Below, in pieces: positions 23,369 through 36,449 of a stretch of 64,000 nucleotides of DNA. The DNA is taken from positions 10,788,001 through 10,852,000 of the forward strand of contig NC_043018.1 of NCBI RefSeq assembly GCF_006345805.1. Direction: 5' to 3'. Every line of letters starts with the position of its first letter. Position 1 is the stretch's first letter. A program made the translations under genes and the position numbers. This DNA comes from Octopus sinensis (Eukaryota). The notes below the pieces were generated by a model. It was given only the letters and a program-made list of their open reading frames with translations, was not told the DNA's origin and did no database searches.

Positions 23369-24163
23369 TTAAATGATAAACTTCCGAAAAGTTTTACAGA
23401 ATTTTACAGTTCCAGTTATGGATTGGATCTGTAGTCTTCGAATTCGCTTTTTCCTTTCTGGTTTTGAGAAGCCTAATTTCTCAAGATTGGTATTTAGGCA
23501 GCGTGTTACATATCTCAGGGGCCCAATAATTACAGGTATAAACCTGAACTTGCAATCTGGATAGAGTAACTGCAGATTTCTCAATAGTTCAGCATAAGTG
23601 CTCTCTTTCTCATTGATCTTCAGCTTTATGTTATCTTCCGCTGGGCAGCTAATTTCCACAACTGTGCACAGTTTCTCTTCTCTATCCCAAATCATTATAT
23701 CAGGTCTGTTGTGCTTACATTTTATTGAGGTCTTCACTGGCACATTCCACCAGTATTCCTTTTTATTATGAGTGGCTATGGCTTCTACCACATTGTGGGT
23801 TTTTATTTCTTTGTCCTTGGGGTTATCCTTCCGACGGATTTCATTATAGAGTATCATAGCTACAACGTCATATCTCATCGGTAAATAATACCGTGATGAC
23901 ATTTTCGCACAACTGCTTATGATATGGGTGATATCTTCAGTGTGAACTCTACAAAGTCTGCATCGGTTGTCACATTTTACGGCTTTTTCTGCACCTCTAT
24001 CCCTTTTGTGCATCAAGTACTTGGTTGATATTTCCTGTTCCTGGATTGCAAACGCATACCCTTCAAAGTGGGAGGTAGTAATCCAGTTATTCGTCCATGA
24101 TAAACTACTTTGATGATCGATGTTACTATCACCACGGAGCTTTCTGCTAATGTGTCCATGCAT
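23369..24163 (-). CDS. C-terminal zinc knuckle plus RLE (PD-D/ExK) domain of an R4/Dong-like retrotransposon, 264-aa fragment
   Basis: HFEGYAFAIQEQEI, CRLC-x5-E-x3-HI-x3-C, RYD (RHD motif), NRPDI-x3-D-x7-VEISCP, IPVIIG. Confidence 0.88.
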   Translation of the reverse strand: MHGHISRKLRGDSNIDHQSSLSWTNNWITTSHFEGYAFAIQEQEISTKYLMHKRDRGAEKAVKCDNRCRLCRVHTEDITHIISSCAKMSSRYYLPMRYDVVAMILYNEIRRKDNPKDKEIKTHNVVEAIATHNKKEYWWNVPVKTSIKCKHNRPDIMIWDREEKLCTVVEISCPAEDNIKLKINEKESTYAELLRNLQLLYPDCKFRFIPVIIGPLRYVTRCLNTNLEKLGFSKPERKKRIRRLQIQSITGTVKFCKTFRKFII

Positions 24164-25595
24164 AGTTCATATAGACTCATCCTTTCATCTGATGATATGT
24201 TGCGGTAGTCATGTGACTTCTTTGGACATGTATTCTAGGTTATCAAAGAGTGTTGCTCAAGGAGCTGCCTTCCAAATCTTATGATGTTATCAGGCTCATG
24301 TATGCCAATTTGGTCAAGGAATGCACTTCGACACTTGGTGGTTAAAAGATGTTGTCGAAGGGATATGATGCGACATTCAAAGGCATTTTGGATAGATGTT
24401 AAGCCTCTGCTGCCTTCTTTTTGGTTTAGGTAAGGGCGGTCTACAACCAAAATGCTGGTATGAGTACTGGCACCGCAAATATATTATGGGCCAGTTTTTT
24501 TGTTTTTGTTTTTTGAATGCATAGAGTTCTGAGGTCCAAATTTTCTTTGCTCGGCTGTAATATTCTTTAGTGGCACGTGTTCTGTTACAGGTGCCATTGT
24601 AAGACATATTTTCATCCACCCGCAGATACCCGTAACATTCAGACTTCCTTAACATGAATGACAAGGGGTTTACAGAAAGTATAAACAACATCACAGAGAG
24701 GCTGTCTCCTTGGAATATGCTTTTGCGACACTATATTCTATCGGTGAGAATTTAGTCACTTTATGTGTTTAATTTCAAGATGGTGGCCCACGAAGAATTC
24801 AGGTCAGCTATGGCTTTGACTATTCTCATTGCAAGTTGAAGGGCTTCTAGCATCCATGAGTGAAGAAGATAATCAAAGGCTTTCTTGTGGTCTAGCCACA
24901 TTAAAACTGGGTTCCTCCTATGCTCTCGCACTTCTGACATCACAGATTTGTTGATTGCTCGGCACATTCCCAGACCCCCTTCTTCCCAGTTGCTTGTTCT
25001 CCTGTGATAATATTATTGGTTTCACAATGGCCCTGGAGGAAGAGGTTTAAACATGCTGTATATATATTTTATACATTAAGTTCTGGCATGCAATTGGCTG
25101 GTAGTTTGTTTTGCCATGTGGGAAGTTCTGCATTTGGGGATCAATTTTATCTCTGCCAAAGCTAACCGGTGTGGTATGCTACTGTTCCTAAGGAAAGCTT
25201 GCTGGTACAGATTGTTAAGATATGGTCGGTAGAATGTTAGCTTCTTGTACCAATATCTAACAATCAAGGCTCTTCCAGGTGCTTTTCCATCCTGGAGTTT
25301 CTGGATCACATTTGCAAGAGTTTCATCATCAATGTTGCATATCTTGGATGTAACGCAGGATTAATAACTTTTTCGGATTTCTTCCAGCCACAGAGCATCT
25401 TTGTTAAATTTCTTCTCTTCACTCCAGATTTTCCTCCATAGGGAGTCTATGTCTTCTCGTGAAGGAGCTTCCGTGATGTTTACTGCTCCTCCTCTCATGT
25501 CTCTGTATACTGCTGCCTGGTTGCGATAAATGTTTTGTTTATTGTTCTTCTGTCGGTTATTCTCTTCTGATATCGGAGTTTTTGCTGACAGCTTT

Positions 25596-26011
25596 GGATC
25601 TTTTCGGTTTGAACGGCAGTTTTTTCTAGCGGTGTCATATGAAATTGTCACCCATAATTATGACCCTAGTATCGATGTATTGCATTTCAATCTGTTTTGG
25701 GGTTAGGGTTAGGGGTGGGGGGAAGGGTATCTTTTTTTCTTCACAAATGTAAATAAACTCAATCTGTTTCTTAAACGAGGGACATATTCATACGGCACAG
25801 AATGTTTTTTACTTCAATGGACGTCATTGATTGGTTGAAATTGCAGAAATTGAAGAAAAAAACAACAAATATCTTACAAACCATAGAATTTTCTCAATAA
25901 AGCCAAGAGAAAAAGATGTTTTATAAACACATTCTACTGGTATACAAAGTTTAAAAGTTTCTAGTTACGGGGAAATTATGTTAAAAACTGCCGTTTAAAC
26001 CGAAAAGATCC
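25596..26011 (+). mobile_element. MITE-G inserted in the R4/Dong-like element
   Basis: Perfect 8-bp TSD acagcttt (25588-25595 and 26012-26019). The host reading frame rejoins across it. Confidence 0.93.
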
Positions 26012-26502
26012 ACAGCTTTTAGCTCCTGCTTGAGGACAATCAGTGAGCAAGTGAGTGTTCTCTTTTGTTGTCTCCAAACATCATTTCTATCTCCTTTTTT
26101 ACTTCCTCTTGGTGGGACGTATAGTGATTTGCTTGTTTGCAGCCAATAAGCATCATTACATGACTTATGTTCTTCCGTAAACCAGTTAACTTTTTCTGTC
26201 TTCAAAACCGATGATGATACTTACTTTCTTTGTTATTTCGGTTTTGTTTACTTTTCGAATATCATTCATCTACTGTTTTATAGTAGGAGCCAGAGCAATA
26301 CAGACAGGCGTTAATCTGCCAGTGTGTGGGTTCATCACACAGCTCTAAATACTCGTTAACAGCTTTTAATACCGTAACTGGTGTTTTTTTTACTTACTTT
26401 GCCAGAGAATACTCTCTCCTCGAGAGAGTCCTTAAAAGCCAAAATTAATTTTTTTCTCGAAAAATGTCAGTAAGGGCACATTTCACCGGCATATAATCTT
26501 GA

Positions 26503-26523
26503 CTATTACTACTACTGCTGCGG

Positions 26524-26586
<63 letters not shown>

Positions 26587-26620
26587 ATAATAATAATAAT
26601 AATAATACTATAACAACAAC
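26503..26620. repeat. (TAC)n/(TAA)n microsatellite
   Basis: Direct inspection. Confidence 0.95.
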
Positions 26621-28072
26621 GATAATCGCTGCGGTTGTTTTCCCGCTGTTTACCATAGTCGTAGTAGGTGGACAGTGGTCAGCTACTTGAGCCAGTAATG
26701 TAGTTTGGCTGGCAGGCACTGCGGAGTCTGTTGGAATGTCGCTAGCTGCGAAACCACGTGGTGGTCTTATATCATCCACGTTTTCGTTCTTGTTTATAGA
26801 GTCGGGAAGAAGGTTAATTTTCGATTTTTTAATAAAGCTACAATTACTAACCTTCTTTCTATATTCTATAAATGCTAATTTCAAGTTACGATCGTGAATA
26901 AAAGGCTCCTTCAGTTAATTCATCTGAAGATTAACCAGTTATTTAACAAGGCTGGATGACGTGGCTCCAAAGGTGGAGAGAGTATTCATCGTATTTTCGA
27001 TAGTCTCTCACGCCAAATACGCAACTTGTCGCTTCGAATGTATGTATGTATTTATGTTTCTTCTATTTTTTAAATTATTATTAATCTTCCTCTGAGGAGG
27101 CAGCCGGTTTCCAACAAAGATACAAGACTCCATCATTGGAATTAAGTTAACGCAGACAAATTCACATTTGGAACTTGAGAAAAGGGCAGACAAAGGGATT
27201 AAGTCGATTACATCGAATAAAATGCGTAACTGGTAATTATTTAATCGACCCCTAAAAGATGAAAGACAAAGTCGACCTCGGCGGAATTTGAACTCAGAAC
27301 GTAGCGGCCGCCCGGCGTGCTAACGATTCTGCCAGCTCGCTGCCTTAATGATGTAAAATATTACATTAATTATATAATAACCCCATTCACATAGTGAGCA
27401 TAATGAAAAGAACACCATGGCGTATCTTAGAAAAATTAAAACAAATGCAATATTGAAAACCTCATTAAGGGTTGAGGTTCATTTAGAGTTTTGCTACAAC
27501 CTTATACTGTACTTAGGCCTTTCAGAAACTTCACCATGGTCTTCACATAGTCCAGAGGTGGGTTTTGTCCGGACCCCATGACTACTAATACAGCAAACAC
27601 TTTTCATATATTTATGTACGAAAAGTTCTGCGGAGCATTTAAGAAAAAAATCCTGTGTATCTATAGGATTTTTTTTAATGATTCTCAGGAAATCAGTCAA
27701 GGGTCACGTCTGGGTAGCAGATAGAATGGAAGGAGGGTGACAGAGAGAGAGAGAGAGAGAGAGAGAACATGGTAAGGAAGAAAGAAAGTCTATAATTAAG
27801 TGTGAGAAGACGAGAGGGAGAGAAAAAGTAGGAATGTTAGAAAAAGAATATTAGGACGAGAGAGAGAGAGAAAGAAAAATAGAGTCGCAAAAAATATATA
27901 CAAAATTACTGTTGACAAAAAATGGGGATGTGTGACGTTCAGATATTCCATAAATGAAAAATGCATTAAGTACTACAAAACGTACACGTAGGACACACAC
28001 AAGGATCCTAACGCTTCCGTTTGTAGAAAACATAAATCCAGGGAAGAAACACACTCTAAGATGTAGAGCAGT

Positions 28073-28252
28073 GTATATTTTAATGGGGGAATCCAGTTTA
28101 TGGGATTACCCTGGGTTTCCCGTCCATAAAGAGTTTGGCTCTATGGTGTATCGTTAAACCTAAAAAAAATCTGTTGGCCATAAAGCCAAACCCTTTATGG
28201 ACGGGAAACCCAGGGTGATCCTATGAACCGGACTCCCCCATTAAAAAATATA
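28073..28252. mobile_element. Fold-back MITE with ~65-70-bp TIRs
   Basis: taatgggggaatccagtttatgggattaccctgggtttcccgtccataaag is mirrored by ctttatggacgggaaacccagggtgatcctatgaaccggactcccccatta. Confidence 0.75.
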
Positions 28253-28751
28253 TATATATATAAAATATAATTGCCTAAATGTGGCGGTCCCATAGAGTAC
28301 GATGCTACTGTTGTTTTTAGCCCCAGGAGGACATCTCCTCCTGCTGGCTAACAGTACACTGCTTGTATCTGATTAGTATTTGCAAAGAAAAATTATCGTT
28401 CCAAATTCTAGCCTTACGTGATACACACAGATCCGGGTTTCTGAGTAATAGCCCTTCATCAGTGTGTGATAATCACAACCTAGTAATGAAAACTCATTCC
28501 ACATGCAAAATAGTATATGCTTTTTCCAGTGACACACACACATGTATGCATGTGTGTATATGTGATTATACGTTTATCTATAAATATGTAAGTATAGATA
28601 TATATGTCTGTGTGTCCATGTATGTGCGTATATTTCTGTCTGTGTGTCAGCGCGCGTGCCTGAGTGTGTTCAGTAGCCTTGAGTTATTTGCAGAAAAAGG
28701 TTCCTCTCTCAGCTGTCAAAACATATTTGACACTACAGAACACAGCACATA

Positions 28752-28980
28752 CAGGGTGGCCCCAAAAGTAGGTTTTACAGGTATTCAAATGTCCCTTTCG
28801 CATTCATGTATTAACAGTTTAGATCTTAATTATAAAAAATATGAAACCCTTATTCTGTGCTAATTTTGTCAAGCTCCCTTTTCAATTTTTAAGATAGAAA
28901 TTTAAATGTTATAATCCATGTTTTAAAAGAAATCTAAAGTGCCTATGTCATAACAGTAAACCTACTTTTGGGCAACCCTG
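28752..28980. mobile_element. Tc1/mariner-type MITE (229 bp)
   Basis: TA|cagggtggccccaaaagtaggttttac ... gtaaacctacttttgggcaaccctg|TA, i.e. TIRs with a TA target duplication. Confidence 0.85.
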
Positions 28981-29029
28981 TATATAGATACATGGCATAT
29001 ACAGTCCTTTACACTTAAAAGCATACACC

Positions 29030-29098
29030 CATGGGCATACATACATACATACATACACACATACATACACGCATACATACATACATACAGACATACAT

Positions 29099-29129
<31 letters not shown>

Positions 29130-29137
29130 TACATACA

Positions 29138-29171
<34 letters not shown>

Positions 29172-29318
29172 CATACATACATACGTACATGCATACATAC
29201 ACATGCCTAAATATATGTATGTGTGCATATGTGTATATATGCAGGGATGTATAATCACAAAAATTAATTTCGTATGCAAATATACTTTCACACTGGCACC
29301 ACAAACCACGCACGCACA

Positions 29319-29396
<78 letters not shown>

Positions 29397-29410
29397 CACC
29401 ACACACACAA
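29030..29410. repeat. (CATA)n and (CA)n microsatellites
   Basis: Direct inspection. Confidence 0.95.
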
Positions 29411-30410
29411 TTTATTAATTATTTTCATGTTGCGAGCCCCAACTGCTGACCCCAAAATATTTTGTTTCTGTTTGTCTTGACCTCTCAAACCACCCACTGT
29501 CCACCAACGCATTCATTCTCGATGTGTCTCATCATGGCCGCATTGGACTGCAGCCATTATGAGACACAGCATCGAAGAATTCAGACAACTTAATGAATAT
29601 CATCGGGTCACTAGCATAACTAGAATGTGTGCCGCCCGGGCGAATTTTTGTGTGCCGCCTGAAGCGATCCTTCAGCATGCCGCCCCAGGCCCACACAGAA
29701 ATACATATTGCTTACAGCAGACCCAAAAGTGGTGTCACCCTTATAAAAGTGCCGCCCATGGCGGACTGCCCCCTCCGGCTCCCTCGTATCGGGTGCTTAT
29801 TCTGACGATCGTCTTTTGCCTAACCGCCAGGTAAACGGAGTCCAAGACAAAACCCACCTTTGAACCATGAGGATGAGGGGCAGACCACGGAGGAGGTTCT
29901 GAATGGCTTCGGTACAGCATTAGGTTGCTGTAAGACTTTAAATGAGTGATTCTCAACCGAGGTCCATATAAGATTTTTGGGTCTTCGTAAAAAAACAGTA
30001 AATTGGGGACCACAGTAGTATTTTAAGAGCCCTAGAAAAAAATTTGCTTCAGATGTATGTATTGTTATGTATTGCAAGAAATAACTAGGTTTCTTTTTCC
30101 GACATTTTATGGTTACGGTTAGGGTTTTAGGGTTAGGGTTAGTGTTGAGGAAAAGAGTCAAAATTGAAGAAGTTGTGGGGGGAAAGCGGGGGCAAAAATT
30201 TCGCAATGCCGACTTTTGGCAATTTTTCGGAACCTTTGTATCTGAAAACGGGGATTTTTGATAAAAAAAAAATTACAAAAATAAACAAATTTGGGAGAAA
30301 ATGGGGGTGGGGTCTTACCGCTCCAGTATGGCCGCAGTCAAATGATCGAAACTAGTAAAAGATTAAAAGAATAAATATGTACTGCTCGAGGCGAGAAATT
30401 TAGACAGATA

Positions 30411-30802
30411 TCTTTACATATAAAAGAGAGGTTGTGTGTCTGTCTCCTACGATTTAGATTCCTAACTACTCCCACATTTTGCGGTGCAGTGTAACCAAAA
30501 CCGGATATCTTATAGTCGTGATTCATATCTAGCCCTTCTGGGTATTAGCGCGCGTCTACGATGAGTCTACGATTTAAAAAAAAAATTACCATCAATTTTT
30601 CCCATTTTTAATGCATTTTTGGCATATATAAGGGAAGTAACTCTCTAAAAAATTTATTATTAAATCTCAGAATGAAAAAAGCTACAGTAACACCCCCTTT
30701 GTGGTTAGCCATATTGAGATGGCTATTATACTTTACATCTCTAAAAATGCTTATATAGTTATTTCCCTAACAAACCCGAGCAACGCCGGGCGATACTGCT
30801 AG
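30411..30802 (+). mobile_element. Non-autonomous Helitron
   Basis: A|TC 5' end, subterminal hairpin cccgagcaacgccggg, CTAG|T 3' end, no TSD. A second copy lies at 45769. Confidence 0.85.
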
Positions 30803-30854
30803 TGAATAATATAACATACATGTTGATTTGACAGTCGTGTATAAGTTTGATAAA

Positions 30855-31046
30855 GGGAAAGTATACGAAAATAAACAAAAGACGAAGGCAGGTGGTGTAC
30901 AAAACAAACAAATGTATTAGTATAACGCTCAGGAATAGAAAAAGTCTTTTACGTTTCGAGCCTACGCCCTTCTACAGAAAGGAACACAGGAAAAACAAGG
31001 AGAGAAAAAAATGTGTGTAGTAGCTAACGATCTATCATGGCGTCTG
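30855..31046 (-). repeat. Repeat family D (~190 bp)
   Basis: Reverse complement of the 49108-49302 and 56158-56347 copies. Core ctgtaga-agggc-gtag-gctc-gaaac-gta. Confidence 0.85.
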
Positions 31047-31468
31047 ACTTCGGACAGAATGGTAAGACGGGAGAGGGGAAGTAGGGGAGATAACAAGGTC
31101 AAGATGACCTCCAATACAAAGGAGCCCCCAATACAAAGGTGCGTGTGTGTATAAGATAGTATGTATGTGCGTGTGAAAGAAGGCGATAAGTTTGATAGTT
31201 TGTAGTCGAATAGAAATCTGCACAGACGGGCGTTTTGGTGTTTCCGTCTGACGTCATCAGCATGTATTGGTTTACAATGCTGTGGAGTCATCTACACTGG
31301 GTAGTGAGTGACATGACCTAACTACGCTACACAGTCAATGATTTGCTAGTTTGCGCTCGTTCGAGTCTATTAATGCCTGCTACGAAATTCTAATTTTGAG
31401 CAGTAATCAATAGATAATTTCTATGAGGCTCCTCTGTGCTCGTGCGGGCGCGCCCTCTGGCACGCACC

Positions 31469-31505
<37 letters not shown>

Positions 31506-31854
31506 ACAAACACTCACGAATATATATAGAGAAGTATAGACTGCAGAAAGACTGACATATATGTATATATATCTTTCATTTGTTTTTTTTCTTTAAAGCC
31601 TAGTACTTATTCTATTGGTCTCTTTTGACGAACCGCTAAGTTACGGTGACGTAAACACACCATTTGACTACGTCCATGATGGGGCACCGCCTTGAAGGCT
31701 TTTAATCGAAGTAATCGACCCCAGAAATTATTCTTTTTAAGCCAAGTACTTATTCTATCCGTCTCCTTTGCTGAACTGCTAATATTACAGTAACGTAAAC
31801 ACAGCAACACCGGTTGTCAAGCAGTGGTAGGGGACAAACATAGATGCAAAGACA

Positions 31855-32300
31855 TACACACACACACATACACACATATACATACATACATACGTACGTA
31901 CATACATACATACATACATACATACATACATACATACGTACATACGTACGTACGTACGTACATACATACATACGTACGTACGTACGTACGTACGTACATA
32001 CATACATACATACATACATACATACATACATACATACATACATACATACATACATACATACGTACGTACATACATACACACGTACATACGTACGTACGTA
32101 CGTACATACATACATATATACATACATACGTACGTACGTACACACACACATACATACACACCCACACCCACCCACCCACCCACCCGTACGTCCATCCATC
32201 CATCCATCTGTCCATCCGTCCATCCATACACACATACACACACACACACACATACACACATACAAACATACATACACACATACACACATACATACATACA
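31855..32300. repeat. Compound (TACA/TACG/CCAT/CA)n microsatellite
   Basis: Direct inspection. Confidence 0.95.
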
Positions 32301-32373
32301 TGCATTCTTACTTATTTCAGTCATTAAACCTGAACCCATGTGGTTGAGAATCAAACTATTTATTACACAGTTA

Positions 32374-32510
32374 GGATCTTTTCGGTTTGAACGGCAGTTT
32401 TTTCTAGCGGTGTCATATGAAATTGTCACCCATAATTATGACCCTAGTATCGATCTATTGCATTTCAACTGTTTTAGGGTTAAGGTTAGTTAGGGTTAGG
32501 GGTGGGGGAA
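32374..32510 (+). mobile_element. MITE-G left part (truncated)
   Basis: Left TIR through the TTAGGG/G-rich tract, then loss of homology. Confidence 0.85.
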
Positions 32511-32581
32511 AGGAATGAGATTTAAAAAAAAACCAGGTAATAAATAGCTTTCATAACATTTGTATGTACATGTGTATATAA

Positions 32582-32649
<68 letters not shown>

Positions 32650-32687
32650 CATATATATACACATGTACATACAAATGTTATGAAAGC

Positions 32688-32737
<50 letters not shown>

Positions 32738-32769
32738 ATACTATACACGGTGTGTCCCCCTCCCAATCT

Positions 32770-33382
32770 CAGTACCGAACTGGCACTTTATTTTATCGAC
32801 CCCGGAAGTTTGAAAGGGAAAGACAACCTTGGCGGAATTTGAACTCCGGACGTAGTGAGTCGCAAGAAATATCGCAAAGCATTGTTTCTGACAAGCTAAT
32901 GTTTCTGCCATCTCGCCGCCGTTAACCCGTTAGAAATGCTTCTTTATTGCGCACAGGGGGATAAACAAGGCCAGACAAAGGAATTTAATCGATTACATTG
33001 ACCCCAGTGCGCAACTGCTACTTTTTTTAATCAACCCTGAAAGGATGAAAGGCAGTCAACCTTGATGGAATATGAACTCAGAATGTAGCGACAGATGAAA
33101 TACCACCAGGTATTTCACCCAACATGCTAACTGTTTTGCCAGCTCGTCACCTTTAAATAATAATAATGGTTTCAAACTTTTGCGCATGTCCAGCAATTTT
33201 GAGGAAGGACTTAAGTCAATTACATCAACCCTCAGTATTTCACTGGTATTTATTTTATCGACCGCGGAAGGATGAAAGGCAAAGTCAACCTTGGTGGAGT
33301 TTGAACTCAGAACATAACGGCAGACCAAATACCCCTGAGCATTTCGCCCGGCGTGCTAACGATTCTTCAAGCTTGCCGCCTA
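32770..33382 (-). mobile_element. Cluster of three diverged SINE-A copies
   Basis: Repeated ttttatcgacc..gaaaggatgaaaggc..aactcagaac..gtgctaacgattc on the minus strand. Confidence 0.75.
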
Positions 33383-33554
33383 CCCGTTAGAAATATCGAG
33401 AATCCATAGATTATATAGGAATATCATATTAATTTACCAGGAATTACAGTATGATACGGTTTATCATCAAAAGAATTAGACACATTCTTTTGGTGGTACT
33501 GTGACTGGCTTTATTTACTTCAATTTGTTACGACAATCTGTCATGATAATCATT

Positions 33555-33950
33555 CAAGTCGACTTTTATTCTCAGCAAGATAGCGCAGCCCACACTATCA
33601 GCATAATGTAAAGATCAACCTTGATGAAGTTTTGCCAAACGAGTAGATTGTCGGAAGAGAGTCAGTGAAATATCCTTCCCGTTCACCGGACCTCACACTC
33701 ACTTGATTTCTATGGGGATACTTGAAAAATAAAGTTTATCGAATAAAACCGGTGAATTGAGGGCAGCCATTGAACGAGAATCTGCTTGATGTTCGTGATT
33801 CCGTTGCTTGGCGTTATCAGTTGTGTCTGGAGCAGAACGGCCATCAAATTGTCTGTTGATTCTATTAGGTTTTGAAAATGAAATATATTTTAATAAACAC
33901 TGACTTTATAATCATTCAATGCTCGTTTACATTATTTTTCGGACATCCTG
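33555..33950 (+). mobile_element. Tc1/mariner-superfamily transposase 3' relic with right TIR
   Basis: Frameshifted FYSQQDSAAH (QQDGA), PSRSPDLT..DF motifs. Ends ttatttttcggacatcctg|ta. The left end was not found. Confidence 0.65.
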
Positions 33951-34039
33951 TATGTACGTGTGTGTGTGTGTAGGCATGTCTGTGTATATGGATAAAAAAA
34001 TATATGTATGTATATGTGTGTATATATGTTTATATATAT

Positions 34040-34123
34040 ATAGATAGATAGATAGATAAACAGGTAGATAGACAGATAGATAGATAGATAAATAGATAGA
34101 TAGATAAATAGATAGATAGATAA

Positions 34124-34178
<55 letters not shown>

Positions 34179-34183
34179 GATAA

Positions 34184-34250
<67 letters not shown>

Positions 34251-34255
34251 GATAA

Positions 34256-34304
<49 letters not shown>

Positions 34305-34305
34305 C

Positions 34306-34344
<39 letters not shown>

Positions 34345-34435
34345 CAGATAGATAAATAGATATACAGAAAGATAGACAGACAGACAGACAAGCAGGCAGG
34401 CAGACAAATAGATGATAGACAGATAGATAGATACA
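34040..34435. repeat. (GATA)n/(GACA)n microsatellite
   Basis: Direct inspection. Confidence 0.95.
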
Positions 34436-34831
34436 GAGTGAGAGTGAGAGAGAGCTGTAATATTTGTGTGCATTAATGTTTGTAAACATCTGAGAAAAAA
34501 AGTGGGAGATAAGGGTGTTAGGGTGGGGGGAGACAGAGAGAAGGAATGAGAGAGAGAAATAGGGGGAGAGAGACATTTTCTGGCAGACGATACTGATCGT
34601 CTGCTTTATCAATATTTCCTCCCCTACAATCACTCTCACCACCCCACTACCACACTATCACCCTCACCACCATGTAATGTGATGTCAATGGCGGTTAGTT
34701 TCCTTATTCCGTCGTGTGTCACAGCAATAAATAGTTAATGGTCGACCAGTTTATGAGGGGGCTTCGACACCAGGCATGACAACTTTTCCGAAAAGTAGGC
34801 AGCACTACTAAAACAACCTGAAGGTAATTTG

Positions 34832-35240
34832 GGATCTTTTCGGTTTGAACGGCAGTTTTTTCTTGCGGTGTCATATGAAATTGTCACCCATAATTATGAC
34901 CCTAGTATCGATCTATTGCATTTCAATCTGTTTTAGGGTTAGGGGTAGGGGAAAGGGTATCTTTTTTCTTCACAAATGTAAATAAACCTAATCTGTTTCT
35001 TAAACGAGGGACATATTCATACGGCACAGAATGTTTTCACCTCAATAGACGTCATTGATTGGTTGAAATTGCAGAAATTGAAGAAAAAAACAACAAATAT
35101 CTTACAACCTATAGAATTTTCTCAATAAAGCCAAGAGAAAAAGATATTTTATAAACACATTCTACCAGTATACGAAGTTTAAAATTTTTTAGTTACGTGG
35201 AAATTATTTTAAAAAACTGCCGTTCAAACCGAAAAGATCC
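34832..35240 (+). mobile_element. MITE-G
   Basis: Both TIRs. Perfect 8-bp TSD gtaatttg. Confidence 0.93.
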
Positions 35241-35924
35241 GTAATTTGTTGTTAGGCGTGCCATTCAGATGACCCCCGCAGTCCACAGCTTGGCCTTGAA
35301 CGCTTTACACGTAGGTTTGACCTGCTAGAAATAGCAGCAAATTCTCCATCAAGCCACATCTTATTCGTTTTAAAATAAAGTATAGTTGTTAAAAATATAT
35401 ATACTAGCGACAAAGGCAGAATTAGAACCGAGAGGTAACACGTTTAAGTGAGAACAAAGTTGCTGATATACACAAAGACGCTTCGACATGTTGGAACATC
35501 TTTCATTAGATGCATTGTTACGACTATAGCTAATTTAGCGCGAAAAAATATATAGCAACCAAATTTACTTCGAGTCAATCCAGCTGCTAGAAATAGCAGC
35601 AGTATTTCCTTCACATCGCAATCTAATTTTAAATTAGTAAAGAGTAAACTGGACAATGTTGTTCTAGGTATAGGTATACTAAAAACACGACATGATTACG
35701 GCTGGAATGCTCAGATTGTAGATCTCCACTCTAAGGGGTAGACTTGGGGTGGGGTTAAAAAAGTTTATTGAGATAATTAGTAATAGTCTTTACCATCTGT
35801 TAATTAACTCTAATGAATGACAAGAGAATACATTCATATGTGAGTGAAGGTGTACATACATACAGGTGTGTGTGTGTGTGTGTGTGTGTGAGCGCGTGCG
35901 TGCGTGTATCTTTTGCCTTATTTT

Positions 35925-36139
35925 TTACTTGCTTCAGTCATTAGACTGCGGCCATACTGGTGCACCGCCTTCATGAATTTTAAGTCGAGTGAATCGACCC
36001 CAAAACTTTTTTCTTAAGCCTGGTACTTAATTTATTGATGTCTTTTGGAAACCACTTAATTACTGGTACGCAAAAACACCAGCTGCGGTTGCCAAGCGGT
36101 GTGTGGGACATAGACACAAAGATGCGCACGCGCACACAC

Positions 36140-36177
<38 letters not shown>

Positions 36178-36340
36178 GGCGGGCTTCTTTCAGTTTCCGT
36201 CTACCAAATCCACTCACAAGGCTTTGGTCGGCCCGAGGCTATGGCAGAAGACACTTGCTCCAGGTTCCACGTAGTGGGACTGAAACCGGAACCCCGTGGC
36301 TGGGAAGCAAACTTCTGACCACTCAGCCACGCCTGCGCCT
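35925..36340 (-). mobile_element. SINE-B (diverged subfamily)
   Basis: Reverse complement of the head, body and ccagtatggccgcagtctaatgactgaagcaag tail. Confidence 0.8.
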
Positions 36341-36449
36341 ATAGATATCACGTGATCGACCGGACTATCGGATGTTATTATACATTGCTAGTCACAATGC
36401 GCTTTGTATCATTTTAGCAATGGAATGAAGCCACCCCACCGGCCAACAA

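Larger units (their letters stand above)
23295..26220 (-). mobile_element. R4/Dong-like non-LTR retrotransposon (RT plus CCHC plus restriction-like endonuclease), decayed and interrupted by MITE-G
   Basis: Ordered frameshifted motifs LKQELKAVS..KLRYQKR, FWxxIW-like LWRKIWSEE, DGKAPG, WLDHKKAFD..HSW, IFQGDSLSVMLF..NPLS, YLRVDE, RPYL..EGSRGL, then the intact C-terminal ORF. The 5' boundary is approximate. Confidence 0.88.

Noticed and set aside
25361-25651. ORF starting MTISYDTARKNCRSNRKD (also 31785, 58675) as a small gene family
   Set aside because: The N-terminus is the MITE-G TIR region read through into whatever flank follows.
29620-30020. hAT-like terminal words (also caacggttcccaac at about 59087)
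   Set aside because: No matching second TIR or TSD could be identified, so the element boundaries are unsupported.
30115-30145. TTAGGG-like runs (also 49555-49650) as telomere or chromosome-fusion remnants
   Set aside because: They are short, degenerate and embedded in other repeats, with no long perfect array.
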